Shown piece after piece: positions 40,776 through 51,105 of a stretch of 64,000 nucleotides of DNA. The notes beneath the pieces are model-generated. The model had not been told where the DNA came from. It made no database searches and saw only the letters and a program-made list of their open reading frames with translations. Location of the stretch: assembly GCA_963758525.1 (NCBI GenBank), contig CAVWVQ010000003.1, positions 3,456,001 to 3,520,000 of the forward strand. The letters are read 5' to 3'. The DNA comes from an uncultured Phycisphaerales bacterium (GTDB taxonomy: Bacteria > Planctomycetota > Phycisphaerae > Tepidisphaerales > Tepidisphaeraceae). The first letter of the stretch is position 1, and each line of letters begins with the position of its first letter. The position numbers and the translations under genes were made by a program.

Positions 40776-42629
40776 TTACCCGTGCTGTTTTTGCAATAGG
40801 GTTGAAACCTTCGACAAACCGTTCCTGGCGCTGGCCAGGTTCGGATCCAAAATGAGGGCATGATGAAAATGCTCGGCGGCGTGCTGCAGATCGCCTCGCA
40901 TGAGAAATACGTTTGCCAGACTGGACTCGATCTTCGCGGACCCCGGATTCAATGCAATGCACCGTTCGAGTTCTTCGGTTGCGCTGGCCAAATCTCCCTC
41001 TGCCACGAACGCAACTGCCAGCCGGTAATGTGCGTCTTCGTCATTCGGTCTGGCGGCCAGGTAGAGCTTGTATTGTTTGACCGCTTGATCGAAACGCCCC
41101 AGGCCGACCAGTGCATCACCCCACTTCAGGCGGACGTGAAGTCTGGTCGGGTCGACTACCATTTCCATGTCATATAGCTGAACAGCTCCGTCCAACTCTC
41201 CCCGCTTGACCTCGGCATCGCCCAATGCTTCCTTCACGCCGGGTCTCACCGGGTGAAGCCGGATTGACTTGCGGAAATGCGCTTCGGCTCCCTCGTAATC
41301 CTGCTGTCGCGCCAGCTCACTGGCAATGTGACCTTCCGCCAGCCAGTTGTCCTCGACGGCGTTGTTCGCGTGGAGAAACAGCGAGTAATCGTCATGCCAA
41401 TAGCCGATCTGGCCCACCGTGAGGGCTGCGAGAACGGCGAGGATGGCGCCGATTCCCAGAGCGCATTTGCGCTGACCAAGAGGGTAGCGGTGTACAAACT
41501 CCGCGCCGATCCAGCAGATCGCGATCGTGATCCCGATAGACGGCAGATAGGTGTATCGATCGGCAATCGACTGCGACCCGACTTGCACCAGCCCGATCGC
41601 GGGAACCAGCAGTCCGCAGAACCACAGCCAGCCGACAATGAGATAAGGGCGACGTCGCGCCTGCCAAAGTGCGAGGGTCGTGAGCAGCGTCAGTAAAACC
41701 CCCGAGCAGGTGATCTCCCAGATGGGCCAAGTGGGGGACGGCAGCGGATAAAACACGCACAAGTCGATCGGCAAAAAGATCGCTTTCAAATATCGCGCAT
41801 ATCCGACACAACTGTTGGCGATCCGAAGGGGAAGCGTAAAGCTGCGTTCCATGACCGAACCGCCCGCGAACTGGGCTTCATAGGTCACGACGCACGAGGC
41901 GGCGGCCATGAGTAAAAACGGCACCTTCTCCAGCGCGAGCAGTGCTGCAGCGGACTTGTTCAATCTGCGCCATCGCTCGAGCGGCCAGTAATCCACAAGA
42001 ATCAAAAGGCACGGCAGGGTGACGATCATCGGTTTGGCCATCAATCCAAGGGCATAGCATCCGATCGCCGCCCAGTAAGATGCCGCTTTGGAATGGCGAA
42101 CGTAGTGTGCGTAGAACAGCAGTGTCAGAAAAAAGAAAAAACCGCACAGCACGTCTTTCCGCTCCGCGGTCCACGCCACCGACTCCACTCGCAGCGGATG
42201 CCAGGCAAAGAGGGCCGCGCAGATCGCGCTGGGCCATCGTTGACGAGTCGCGCCAAGAAGGAAAAGGAAAAGCAGCATGGCGTTGGCTGCATGCAGCAAG
42301 GCGTTGATCGCATGTGTCGCGGCAGGAAGATCCGCAAAGAGCTGGGCGTCGAGTTGAAGCGAGAGCCAGGTGAGCGGATGCCAGTTGGAGCCCTGCACGG
42401 TTGTGAAGGCCCACTTGAAATTGTCGACACTCAGGCCGGACAAAACGTGCTGATTATGGGCGACGTAGTCCATGTCATCGAAATCGACGAACTCATTTCG
42501 CAGGGAGGGGAGGTACAGCAGCAGTGTGAACAGGAACAGACTCGCGGCAATCCAGGGCGTTTTGATCGGCGGCGCGCTTTCCAGCGGCTGGGCGCTCTGC
42601 CTGGGGAATTGCGCGGTTCGTATCGACAT
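40776..42629 (-). CDS. TMTC-like GT-C glycosyltransferase + TPR (paralog A)
   Basis: FVDFDD, WHPLTWLS, HPLRVESVAW, ADRYTYLP, multiple TMs, C-terminal TPRs. Confidence 0.82.
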   Translation of the reverse strand: MSIRTAQFPRQSAQPLESAPPIKTPWIAASLFLFTLLLYLPSLRNEFVDFDDMDYVAHNQHVLSGLSVDNFKWAFTTVQGSNWHPLTWLSLQLDAQLFADLPAATHAINALLHAANAMLLFLFLLGATRQRWPSAICAALFAWHPLRVESVAWTAERKDVLCGFFFFLTLLFYAHYVRHSKAASYWAAIGCYALGLMAKPMIVTLPCLLILVDYWPLERWRRLNKSAAALLALEKVPFLLMAAASCVVTYEAQFAGGSVMERSFTLPLRIANSCVGYARYLKAIFLPIDLCVFYPLPSPTWPIWEITCSGVLLTLLTTLALWQARRRPYLIVGWLWFCGLLVPAIGLVQVGSQSIADRYTYLPSIGITIAICWIGAEFVHRYPLGQRKCALGIGAILAVLAALTVGQIGYWHDDYSLFLHANNAVEDNWLAEGHIASELARQQDYEGAEAHFRKSIRLHPVRPGVKEALGDAEVKRGELDGAVQLYDMEMVVDPTRLHVRLKWGDALVGLGRFDQAVKQYKLYLAARPNDEDAHYRLAVAFVAEGDLASATEELERCIALNPGSAKIESSLANVFLMRGDLQHAAEHFHHALILDPNLASARNGLSKVSTLLQKQHG

Positions 42630-42707
42630 CCTACGGCCGATGATACTGTCGATCGCACCGAGTGTCCCAGACGCGACACACGAAGACACGAAGCATTCTG
42701 CGCTCCA

Positions 42708-44555
42708 TTACCAGTGACGCTGTTGAATGCGCGCTTGAACATCGGCCAACCCCGACCGGGCTCTGTCCAGTTTCGGATCCAAGGCGAGTGATCGCTGGTA
42801 GTGAGCCACCGCGCCATGCAAATCTCCTCGTGCGGCGAGCAACCCGGCGAGGCTGCATTCCGCTGAAGCCGACGTTGGATCCAACTGAATGCTCTTTTCG
42901 AGTTCCATGGTTGCGCCGGCATAATCATGCGCCGCTGCCGACGCGACCGCGAGGTTATTGTGCGCCTCCGCGTCATTCGGATTGGCCGACAGGTAAAGCT
43001 TGTAGTGCTCCGCAGCCTCATTGAAGCGGTTGTCCTGGAGCAGCAGGTTTCCCAATTTTCCATGCACACGCGGATTGTTGGAATCGACTTGCAATTCCAT
43101 GTCGTAGTATTGCAAAGCCTTCTCAAATTCCCCATTCTTTGCCAGGATATCGCCCAGCGCCTCCTTGACCCCGCGTTTTGTCGGGTGCCATTCCAACTCC
43201 TGGCGGAAATGCGCTTCGGCCCCTTCGTAGTCCTGCTGCTTCGCCAAGGCGTCGGCGATGTGGCCCTGCGCGACCCAGTTTTTGTCGACGGCATTGTCCG
43301 CGTGGAGAAACAACGAGTAGTCGTCGTGCCAGTAGCTGATCTGTCCTACCGTCATCGCCGCAAGAACGACAAGAATGCCGCCGGCTGCTAGTGCCAGCTG
43401 GCGTTCGTTGAGTGACCGCCGCCGCGCCAGTTCTTCCCCCATCCAACAGATTGCGATTGATATGCCAATTGAAGGAAGGTAGGTGTATCGATCGCCAATC
43501 GACTGCGAGCCGACTTGCACGAGCCCGATGGCAGGGACGAGCATGCCGCAGAACCAGAGCCAGCCGACGATCAGGAATGGACGGCGCCGGGTCTGCCAGA
43601 CCGCAATTGCAGTGACCACCGTGAGCAAAATGCCCGAGCTGGCGATTCCCCACACCGGCCACCGGGAAGGCAGCGGGTAGAACACCGCCAGATTGATCGG
43701 CAGGAAAATCTCTCTCAAGTAGCGCGCATACGAGACGCAGGCGTTGGCGATGCGCAGCGGGAATGCAAAACCTTCTTCCATTACCGCGCCGCCCGTTTTC
43801 TGAGCCTCGTAAGTCACGATGCTGGAGGCAATGGCCATGACCAGAAACGGAATTTTTTCCAGGCAGAGAACGAGAATTCGGGGCCTCGTCAGTTTTGACC
43901 AGCGTCGCAGAGGCCAGAAGTCCAGGAGGACCAGCAGACATGGCAAGGTGACGATCATCGGCTTGGCCATCAGCCCCAGGGCATAAAAGGCGATCGCCGC
44001 CGCAAGCCGTGGAGCACGCGACCTGCGGGCGTAGCGCACGTAACAGAGTAATGTCAGAAAGAAGAAAAACGCGCAGAGAACATCCTTCCGCTCCGCCGCC
44101 CATGCCACCGATTCCACTCGCAGCGGATGCCAGGCGAACAACGCCGCGCATATCGCGCTCGGCCAGCGCTGGTCGGTTGCGCCGAGAAGAAAGAAAAATA
44201 GCAGCATTGCGTTGGCGGCATGGAAGAGCGCGCTTACGAAGTGTGGGCCGGCTGGACGACCCGCGAACAGCTGACAGTCGAATTGGTGCGAGAGCCAGGT
44301 AAGGGGATGCCAATTGCATTGCCAAAACGTAGTGAAAGCCCAGATAGAATTGCCGGCGGTAAGACCGGTTAAAACGTGCGGATTGTCCGTGATGTAGCCG
44401 GGATCGTCGAAATTGATGAAGTCGTTGCGGAGGCTTGGAAGGTACAAGAGCAGCGTGCAGAGGAACAAGCCTGCCGCGATCCAATGGGTCTTGATCGCGA
44501 GCGTAACTCGGGTCTGTTCCAGCGGCCGGGTTAATGGCGCGGCGTTGGGGGCCAT
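42708..44555 (-). CDS. TMTC-like GT-C + TPR (paralog B)
   Basis: FINFDD, HPLRVESVAW, GDRYTYLP, TPRs; close paralog of A. Confidence 0.82.
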   Translation of the reverse strand: MAPNAAPLTRPLEQTRVTLAIKTHWIAAGLFLCTLLLYLPSLRNDFINFDDPGYITDNPHVLTGLTAGNSIWAFTTFWQCNWHPLTWLSHQFDCQLFAGRPAGPHFVSALFHAANAMLLFFFLLGATDQRWPSAICAALFAWHPLRVESVAWAAERKDVLCAFFFFLTLLCYVRYARRSRAPRLAAAIAFYALGLMAKPMIVTLPCLLVLLDFWPLRRWSKLTRPRILVLCLEKIPFLVMAIASSIVTYEAQKTGGAVMEEGFAFPLRIANACVSYARYLREIFLPINLAVFYPLPSRWPVWGIASSGILLTVVTAIAVWQTRRRPFLIVGWLWFCGMLVPAIGLVQVGSQSIGDRYTYLPSIGISIAICWMGEELARRRSLNERQLALAAGGILVVLAAMTVGQISYWHDDYSLFLHADNAVDKNWVAQGHIADALAKQQDYEGAEAHFRQELEWHPTKRGVKEALGDILAKNGEFEKALQYYDMELQVDSNNPRVHGKLGNLLLQDNRFNEAAEHYKLYLSANPNDAEAHNNLAVASAAAHDYAGATMELEKSIQLDPTSASAECSLAGLLAARGDLHGAVAHYQRSLALDPKLDRARSGLADVQARIQQRHW

Positions 44556-44651
44556 GTTGACGGCATCATGATACTGCCGGCCGGGTTGAGTGTCTCGGAC
44601 AAGGTCACGTCGAGCTTGACAGAACCGGTGGCTTGGTTCGAATGGCACGGT

Positions 44652-46517
44652 ATGGATCTCAGTCTCGCGACTGTGAATCGCGCAAGCGCCGGGGGGCGAC
44701 GAGCGGAGTTGCGCGCAGCCGGCATTGCGCTGCTCGCGCTGGCGCTGGCGATCCTCTGCGTATTCGGGCGGGCGACCCGCGCCGGGTTTGTCAGTTGGGA
44801 CGACCAGATTCACGTCTCGCATAACCCGGATTTGAATCCGCCGACGACGGAGTCGATCGCGAAATATTGGCGCGGGCCGCAGTTGGGCTTGTATATTCCG
44901 GTGATCTACACCGTCTGGGCCGGGCTGGCGTGGCTGGCGCGCTTGCCTATTGCGGATGCGGGCGGCATCACGCTCGATCCTTCGGTTTTCCATACCGCAA
45001 ATTTGATCGGTCACGGGCTGGCGAGCTTCCTCTGCTGGCAAATTCTTCGACGTCTGATTCCTGTCTCCAAGGCCCGCGACTGGGCGGCAGGCGCGGGAGC
45101 GATTCTCTTTGCACTGCATCCGCTGCAGGCCGAGCCGGTGGCTTGGGTGACCGGATTCAAGGACGTGCTCAGCGGCGTGTTTGCGTTTGGCGCGCTGCTG
45201 CTCTACGTCGTCGGACTGGAGAAGGAGCACGCGGGTGATCGCGCGTTTCAAGGGATCTGGTTTGCCCTGGCAACATCCGTCTACGCAGTAGCGCTGCTTT
45301 CCAAGCCTTCAACAACGTCTGTTCCGCTCATGGCGATCGTGATTGATCGCATGATTTTCCACCGGCCGTGGAAACGCAGCCTGCCTCTGATCGCTCTCTG
45401 GACGGCAATGGCGATAGTCCCTCTGCTCCTTACCCGCGGGGCGCAATTGTCGCTCATGATCTTTCGCCCGCAGGTGGAGTTGCGGCCGTTCGTAGCGCTG
45501 GACGCCATCGGATTTTACCTCGCGAAGTTGTTTCTGCCGCTTGGCTTGGGCGTGGATCAGGGGCGTTCGCCGATGACGCTGCTGCAACATGGAACGCTCC
45601 GGTGGAGTTGGATCCCAGCGGCATTGTTCTGCTGCGCGATCTGGCTCGGTCGAAAGCGATGGCCGGGGTTGATCGCGCCATCGCTGATCTTCCTGGCGGG
45701 GCTTGCCCCGGTGCTTGGCTTTTCGCCGTTCATCTTTCAGGATATCTCGACGGTCGCGGATCGATTCGCCTACCTCGCCATGCTTGGACCGGCGCTGTTG
45801 TTGGCGCAGATCGTCGCGGCATTTCCGAGGGAGATCACTTGGGTCGTCACAGGGACGGCGATTTTGCTGCTCGCGAGCCTCAGCTTCGTCCAAACGGGAT
45901 ATTGGCGCGACGATCTGAGCTTGATGACCCATTCCCTGCAAGTAGCGCCCCAGGTCGAACCTGTCACTGAGATGCTCGCCGCCGCGGTTTCAAGGGAAGG
46001 CGCTCTCGATCGCGGAGACACGCTGTACCGTCAGGCGCTTTCAATGAAGTGGGACGATGCGGCGGCGCTCATCGGTTTGGGAAGCAACATGCACAAGCAG
46101 CATCGCCTGCCCGAGGCGGCGCGATGCCTGCAAGAGGCGATCATCATCGAGCCGGGAAATGCTGACGCAAGATTCAACTACGGTAACGTGCTTCTTGCGG
46201 CGCGCGAGCCCGGCAGGGCTGTCGGGCAATATGAAATCGCGCTGCAGAGCCAACCGCGCAGCGTTCCGGTGCTGGTCAATCTTGGCGCCGCGTTGGCGAT
46301 GGCCGGAAGCTGGCAGCAAAGTGAAGCTATGTTCCGCAGGGCGCTCGAGGCGGCCCCCGCGAGCGCCAAAGCGCATTTCGGCTTGGGCCGCGTGCTCGAA
46401 CAGCGGGGTGATTTAGCCGCCGCGCTGGCAGAATATGAAGCCGCGCTGGAGCAGAATCCGCAGCTCGCGCAGGCGCAAAACGGGCGGACTCGGGTCGTTG
46501 CAATGATGCAGCGATGA
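44652..46517 (+). CDS. TMTC-like GT-C + TPR (paralog C)
   Basis: FVSWDD, HPLQAEPVAW, LLSKP, ADRFAYL, TPRs. Confidence 0.82.
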   Translation: MDLSLATVNRASAGGRRAELRAAGIALLALALAILCVFGRATRAGFVSWDDQIHVSHNPDLNPPTTESIAKYWRGPQLGLYIPVIYTVWAGLAWLARLPIADAGGITLDPSVFHTANLIGHGLASFLCWQILRRLIPVSKARDWAAGAGAILFALHPLQAEPVAWVTGFKDVLSGVFAFGALLLYVVGLEKEHAGDRAFQGIWFALATSVYAVALLSKPSTTSVPLMAIVIDRMIFHRPWKRSLPLIALWTAMAIVPLLLTRGAQLSLMIFRPQVELRPFVALDAIGFYLAKLFLPLGLGVDQGRSPMTLLQHGTLRWSWIPAALFCCAIWLGRKRWPGLIAPSLIFLAGLAPVLGFSPFIFQDISTVADRFAYLAMLGPALLLAQIVAAFPREITWVVTGTAILLLASLSFVQTGYWRDDLSLMTHSLQVAPQVEPVTEMLAAAVSREGALDRGDTLYRQALSMKWDDAAALIGLGSNMHKQHRLPEAARCLQEAIIIEPGNADARFNYGNVLLAAREPGRAVGQYEIALQSQPRSVPVLVNLGAALAMAGSWQQSEAMFRRALEAAPASAKAHFGLGRVLEQRGDLAAALAEYEAALEQNPQLAQAQNGRTRVVAMMQR

Positions 46518-46591
46518 AGCGGCGTTCTTGGCCGGCTTACAAGCCGAAGGCCCTTTACCTTCTGCCGACGCGGGTTAAGCTGCTTTTCACC

Positions 46592-47128
46592 ATGCACGCC
46601 AAGCCGCAGAAGATCGGCGTCTTTCCCGGGCAGTTCGATCCGATCACCAATGGACACGTGGATGTGATTCGGCGGGGGGTCATCCTTTTTGACCATCTGA
46701 TCGTCGGCGTCGGGGTGAATCCCGGCAAGCACGAACTCTTCACGCTCGACGAGCGCGTGAGGATGATTCGCACCATCGTGTCGGACATTCCCGGCGTTAC
46801 AGTCGAAAAATATCGCGGGCTCACCGTCGACTTCGTGAGAGCCGCAAAGGCCACGGCGATGCTGCGCGGCATCCGCGACGTGTCGGACCTTCGCTATGAA
46901 TTTCAGCTTGCGATGGCGAATCGCACTGTCGGCGGCGTGGAAACCGTGTTTATCATGGCCGGCGATCAGTACGCGTTGACCAGCAGCAGCCTCATTCGGC
47001 AGGTTGTCGCGTTGGGAGGTGATGTGCGCAAGCTGGCGTCCGTCGTGCCGGCGCTGGTTGTCGAGAAGATGCAGGAAAAGCAAAAGAAATTCGCCGCCCA
47101 CTGGGCCGCCGATGCGCCGGCAGAGTGA
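46592..47128 (+). CDS. coaD: Pantetheine-phosphate adenylyltransferase
   Basis: FPGQFDPITNGH, LRGIR, YEFQLAMAN, SSSLIR. Confidence 0.94.
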   Translation: MHAKPQKIGVFPGQFDPITNGHVDVIRRGVILFDHLIVGVGVNPGKHELFTLDERVRMIRTIVSDIPGVTVEKYRGLTVDFVRAAKATAMLRGIRDVSDLRYEFQLAMANRTVGGVETVFIMAGDQYALTSSSLIRQVVALGGDVRKLASVVPALVVEKMQEKQKKFAAHWAADAPAE

Positions 47129-47186
47129 TAGCACGCCAGAGGCGTAGGGGCCGCCCCGACAAGCCTGTTGCGCCCGGATTAATACC

Positions 47187-47214
47187 TTGACATGCCTCCC
47201 GGCGCAGTTAGGAT
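47187..47214 (+). promoter_or_regulatory. Sigma70-like promoter candidate about 300 bp upstream of the prepilin gene
   Basis: TTGACA-16-TAGGAT. Confidence 0.5.
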
Positions 47215-47517
47215 TGCTTGGAGAAATCGAGGCTGAGAACGCTCTGCTCCGGCGGATGACGAGGAACGGAGCGCTTACTGCGTTTTTGCCTGGGTTCGGA
47301 TTATGCTCTTGAGGGTTCCCTCCCAATTAAGGTATGTTGCGCCGGCGGTGTTCGCCGGCGCTTATTTCCCCTGCTTCAAACTTGTACCTTTTTCTACACA
47401 CCGGTAGCCGGTTCCGTTGAAAGCGGATCTGTGCATGGCACTCATTTTAATTCTATCTGTCACCGGTTTGCGGAATGCACGTCCAAGCGAGAAGCGCTTT
47501 CTGAAAGGAGCTTCTTT

Positions 47518-48462
47518 ATGAAGAAGCTGCGTAATGTACAGAAGAGTTCCGAGGGCTTTACGCTCGTGGAACTGTTGGTCGTGATCGGGATTATCGCACT
47601 CCTGATTTCGATTCTGCTGCCGGCGTTGAATCGCGCCCGTGAGCAGGCCAACAGAGTCAAGTGCGCCAGCAACCTCAAGCAGATGGGCTTGGCGATGCAG
47701 ATGTACTCCAACGCCGAGAAGACGGGCGGGTTCCCTCGCACGTATTACTCGACCGGCGCAGGAGTCATCGTCACCAACCAGGGTTACGTTGACAACGGCA
47801 CCACCTCGGTGAACAGCTTCAACGGCACTCTTACCGGGATCAACAACGTCGGCGCGAGCTTCTTCCTGCTCCTCAAGACTCAGGATCTGACGCCGGAAGT
47901 GTTCATCTGCCCGAGCAGCAACGGCACCCGCGGGTTCCAGACCTTCTCGGTCCAGAACAGCAACAACTTTGGCGGTTGGGGTCCGGCTTCCTCGGCGAAC
48001 GTCACGGTCGAGACGATTCCCGACGTAACCTATAGCTACTGCGCGGGCTTCCCGCAGGCAGCTGCCTTGTCGGGCGGGTTCAAGTTCAACAACACCCTCA
48101 GCTCCGACTTTCCCCTCGCTGCGGACGTGAACCCCGGCACACAGACCATCAATGGTATTACCGGCGGAAGTCCCTTGACCGTCGCGCCCACGGATGCCCC
48201 TGCGGCGTCGGCCGGCCCGCACGGTCAGGCGTTCGGCAACACCATCAATCACAAGAATCAGGGCCAGAACGTCCTGTACGGCGACGGTCACGTGGAGTTC
48301 CAGACCACCTGCTGGGTTGGAAGCTATCGCAACACCGGATCGGCGACCGTTCGAGACAACATCTACACCAGCGGCACAGATATTGCTGCGGGTGGCGGTC
48401 AGTCCCTCACGGGCGGACCGCTTGATGCGTACGACTCCGTCCTGTTGCCGACCTCGAACTAA
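47518..48462 (+). CDS. Prepilin N-terminal cleavage/methylation protein with C-terminal H-X9-DG motif (DUF1559-like)
   Basis: G^[59 protein letters not shown]; Ser/Thr/Gly/Asn rich. Confidence 0.9.
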   Translation: MKKLRNVQKSSEGFTLVELLVVIGIIALLISILLPALNRAREQANRVKCASNLKQMGLAMQMYSNAEKTGGFPRTYYSTGAGVIVTNQGYVDNGTTSVNSFNGTLTGINNVGASFFLLLKTQDLTPEVFICPSSNGTRGFQTFSVQNSNNFGGWGPASSANVTVETIPDVTYSYCAGFPQAAALSGGFKFNNTLSSDFPLAADVNPGTQTINGITGGSPLTVAPTDAPAASAGPHGQAFGNTINHKNQGQNVLYGDGHVEFQTTCWVGSYRNTGSATVRDNIYTSGTDIAAGGGQSLTGGPLDAYDSVLLPTSN

Positions 48463-48694
48463 CCTGGTCCTTCAGCCGGACGGGACTTGCGGTTGCGGAA
48501 ACGCGGCTGCGAGCGTCGTGCGGTGAAGTTCGGTGAAGTTTCGAGATTCGATACCACACCCTGCGATCTGACGATGGATTCACATCGTCGGTCGCAGGGT
48601 GGTTTTGATGAATCGCAAAGTCCAGTTGGTCGATTTGCCTTTTGCCCGCCGAATTTAATGGGAATCCTTCCCGCCCGGCGATAAGCTTGCTGCC

Positions 48695-49171
48695 ATGGAA
48701 GAAGTGCTTCCGCCGCAGACGCAGGAAGGGGCCGGGTTCGAGCTCACTCGAATTCGGCAATTCACTGTCTTTCTCGAAAATCGGGTGGGGCGTTTGCGAG
48801 GGATGCTCGAAGCGTTGGAAGAAAATGCGTGCAAGATCGTGGCCCTCTCGATCGAGGAATCCGCGGACTCGGCCCTGGTTCGTGTGATCTGCTCCGCGCC
48901 TGAAAACGGACGCCAGCAGTTGCAGATCGCGGGATTCAGCTTTAGCGAGTCGGAGATTCTGGCTGTCGAGCTGCCACGCCGGAATCGGCACCCCTGGATT
49001 GCCATCTGCTCGGCGCTCTTGGCCGCGGAAATCAATATTCACTACGCCTATCCGCTGCTGCTTCCACCGCGCGGACCGGCGATCGCGCTCTACGTCGATG
49101 ATACCACGCTTGCCGCTCAGTTGCTGATTCGCAAAGGCTTTACGCTTGTCGGTGAAAGTGATCTGGTTTAG
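48695..49171 (+). CDS. Tandem ACT-domain protein
   Basis: IRQFTVFLENRVGRL, SALVRVI, AEINIHYAYP. Confidence 0.85.
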   Translation: MEEVLPPQTQEGAGFELTRIRQFTVFLENRVGRLRGMLEALEENACKIVALSIEESADSALVRVICSAPENGRQQLQIAGFSFSESEILAVELPRRNRHPWIAICSALLAAEINIHYAYPLLLPPRGPAIALYVDDTTLAAQLLIRKGFTLVGESDLV

Positions 49172-49212
49172 CTCTCCCTTTGATGTCTGCCCGACTGCGA
49201 GCTGAATGCTTA

Positions 49213-51051
49213 ATGGTGCCTGAAGCGCGAAGATTGGCAGACGCTCCGAACATTCACGGCAGTAAGATCGCTGGACTGGTCATCGCAGCGGTGATCGCGC
49301 TTACTCTGTGGCCCCTTTGCATTTGCGAATTTACCAGTTGGGACGACAGCTATACCGTTTCTCAAAATCCAACCCTGAACCCGCCGGCAGCAGACAGTTT
49401 CAAGACATGGTGGACGCGGCCGGTACTGGACATGTGGGACCCGCTCACCTACCTGGTCAACGGCGCGTTGGCCGAAGTCGCGACCGTGACGCCCGATCCG
49501 GTCACCGGCGTCCGCCTGAATCCGTATGTTTTTCACACCGCCAATGTGCTGTTGCACGTCGGGAGCGCGCTGCTTGTCTTTCTGATCCTCCGTCAACTCG
49601 GATTCAGCGTGCCGTCGTCATGTGCCGCCGCACTGGTCTTCGGCATACATCCGGTTCAGGTCGAAGCGGTGGGTTGGGTTTCCGGCCTCAAGGACGTGCT
49701 GTACGGCTTCCTGTCATTAGCCGCTCTTCAGCAGTATCTGCTCCCCGCGCGCTCGCGTTTTTGGACAGCAACAGCGCTGTTCGTGATGGCGACATTGTCA
49801 AAGCCGACTGCGATCGTCGTGCCGGTCATCGTCCTCATCATTGTCCGCTTCAGAGACGGCCGCGCTGCGAGGCGGGCGTGGCTGCAAATGTCGCTGTGGG
49901 CGCTCCTCAGCCTCCCTTGCATCGTTATCACGAAGCTAGTGCAACCGGCGGCCCGCGTCGCTCCCATTGCCCTCTGGAAGCGGTTGCTCGTCGCACTGGA
50001 CGCACTGGCATTCTACCTGTGGAAGCTTCTCTGGCCGGCCTCACTAGGAGTCGACTACGGCCGCAGTCCCAGCTCGGCAATCAGCCACGGCTGGATCTAC
50101 TGGACATGGATCGTGCCCGCGGGGATCGCCGTCGTCCTATGCATCGCGCGTCCGCGACCGCGCGGTTTAATCGCTGGCGCGGCTATCTTCGTAGCGGGAT
50201 TGTCGCCAGTGCTCGGCCTGGTTCCGTTCGACTTTCAAGGCATCTCCACGGTGACGGACCATTATCTCTATCTGCCGATGCTTGGCGTGGCTCTTTCCAT
50301 CGCCTGGTCGCTTGACGAGGCGCAGCGCTTGATCGCGGCGAAAGGAGGTGCTCCGCAAGTTAATGGAAAATACTCTGTTCGATTGGCACTGCCGGTCACG
50401 GTCATCTTGCTTTTCCTTGCGGTTCGAAGCTGGTTCCAAACCTGGATCTGGCACGACACGCGCACACTCTTTGCGCACGCCTTGGAAGTCAATCCCGCTT
50501 CGGACGTCGCGGATAACAGTCTGGCTTCGATGTACCTGGCCTCCGGCGACCTGGAGGCCGCTCACCGCTACGCGATGCAGGCGGTGAAGGCCGCGCCCGA
50601 AAAGCCGGAAGGACGTCTGACCCTGACCGCCATCATAGCCGCCGAGGGGCACTTGGAACTGGCAGCCAAGCTCTACCGCGCAATTCTGGAGGACAACCCT
50701 CGTGAGGCAATGGCCGCAAGCGAGCTTTCCTCAGTGCTTGCTCAACAAGGTCATTTCGACGAGGCGATTTCGTTCGCCCGACGTGCCATTGCGATAGACC
50801 CAAATATCGTTGACGGGCACACAAATCTGGGCGCGGAGCTCGGAAACGAGCGGAAGTTTCCTGAAGCGGTCGAGGAACTGCAACGCGCGTTGCAGCTCAG
50901 CCCGCGATCGTTTCTGGCGCACTTGAACCTCGCGTCCGTGTACGCGGCGATGGGCGAGCGTGAAAAATCCGCCGAGCAGTATCAGGCCGCATTGGACCTC
51001 AATCCGCAGTCCGAGGCTGCGCGTCGCGGCCTGGAAGGCGTGCGTAATTGA
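49213..51051 (+). CDS. TMTC-like GT-C + TPR (paralog D)
   Basis: FTSWDD, HPVQVEAVGW, TLSKP, TDHYLYLP, TPRs. Confidence 0.82.
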   Translation: MVPEARRLADAPNIHGSKIAGLVIAAVIALTLWPLCICEFTSWDDSYTVSQNPTLNPPAADSFKTWWTRPVLDMWDPLTYLVNGALAEVATVTPDPVTGVRLNPYVFHTANVLLHVGSALLVFLILRQLGFSVPSSCAAALVFGIHPVQVEAVGWVSGLKDVLYGFLSLAALQQYLLPARSRFWTATALFVMATLSKPTAIVVPVIVLIIVRFRDGRAARRAWLQMSLWALLSLPCIVITKLVQPAARVAPIALWKRLLVALDALAFYLWKLLWPASLGVDYGRSPSSAISHGWIYWTWIVPAGIAVVLCIARPRPRGLIAGAAIFVAGLSPVLGLVPFDFQGISTVTDHYLYLPMLGVALSIAWSLDEAQRLIAAKGGAPQVNGKYSVRLALPVTVILLFLAVRSWFQTWIWHDTRTLFAHALEVNPASDVADNSLASMYLASGDLEAAHRYAMQAVKAAPEKPEGRLTLTAIIAAEGHLELAAKLYRAILEDNPREAMAASELSSVLAQQGHFDEAISFARRAIAIDPNIVDGHTNLGAELGNERKFPEAVEELQRALQLSPRSFLAHLNLASVYAAMGEREKSAEQYQAALDLNPQSEAARRGLEGVRN

Positions 51052-51105
51052 AGATGATCGCAGGCCCAGCAAGGCGAGAAGTTTCTTCGGATCGGTCGAA
51101 TCAAT

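Noticed and set aside
44556..45251. 232-aa N-terminal extension of paralog B (847-aa ORF)
   Set aside because: It overlaps paralog C on the opposite strand; similarity to paralog A starts at the ATG at 44555.
47436..47452. Sigma54 promoter before the prepilin gene
   Set aside because: TGGCAC is present but the -12 GC is missing (TTAA).
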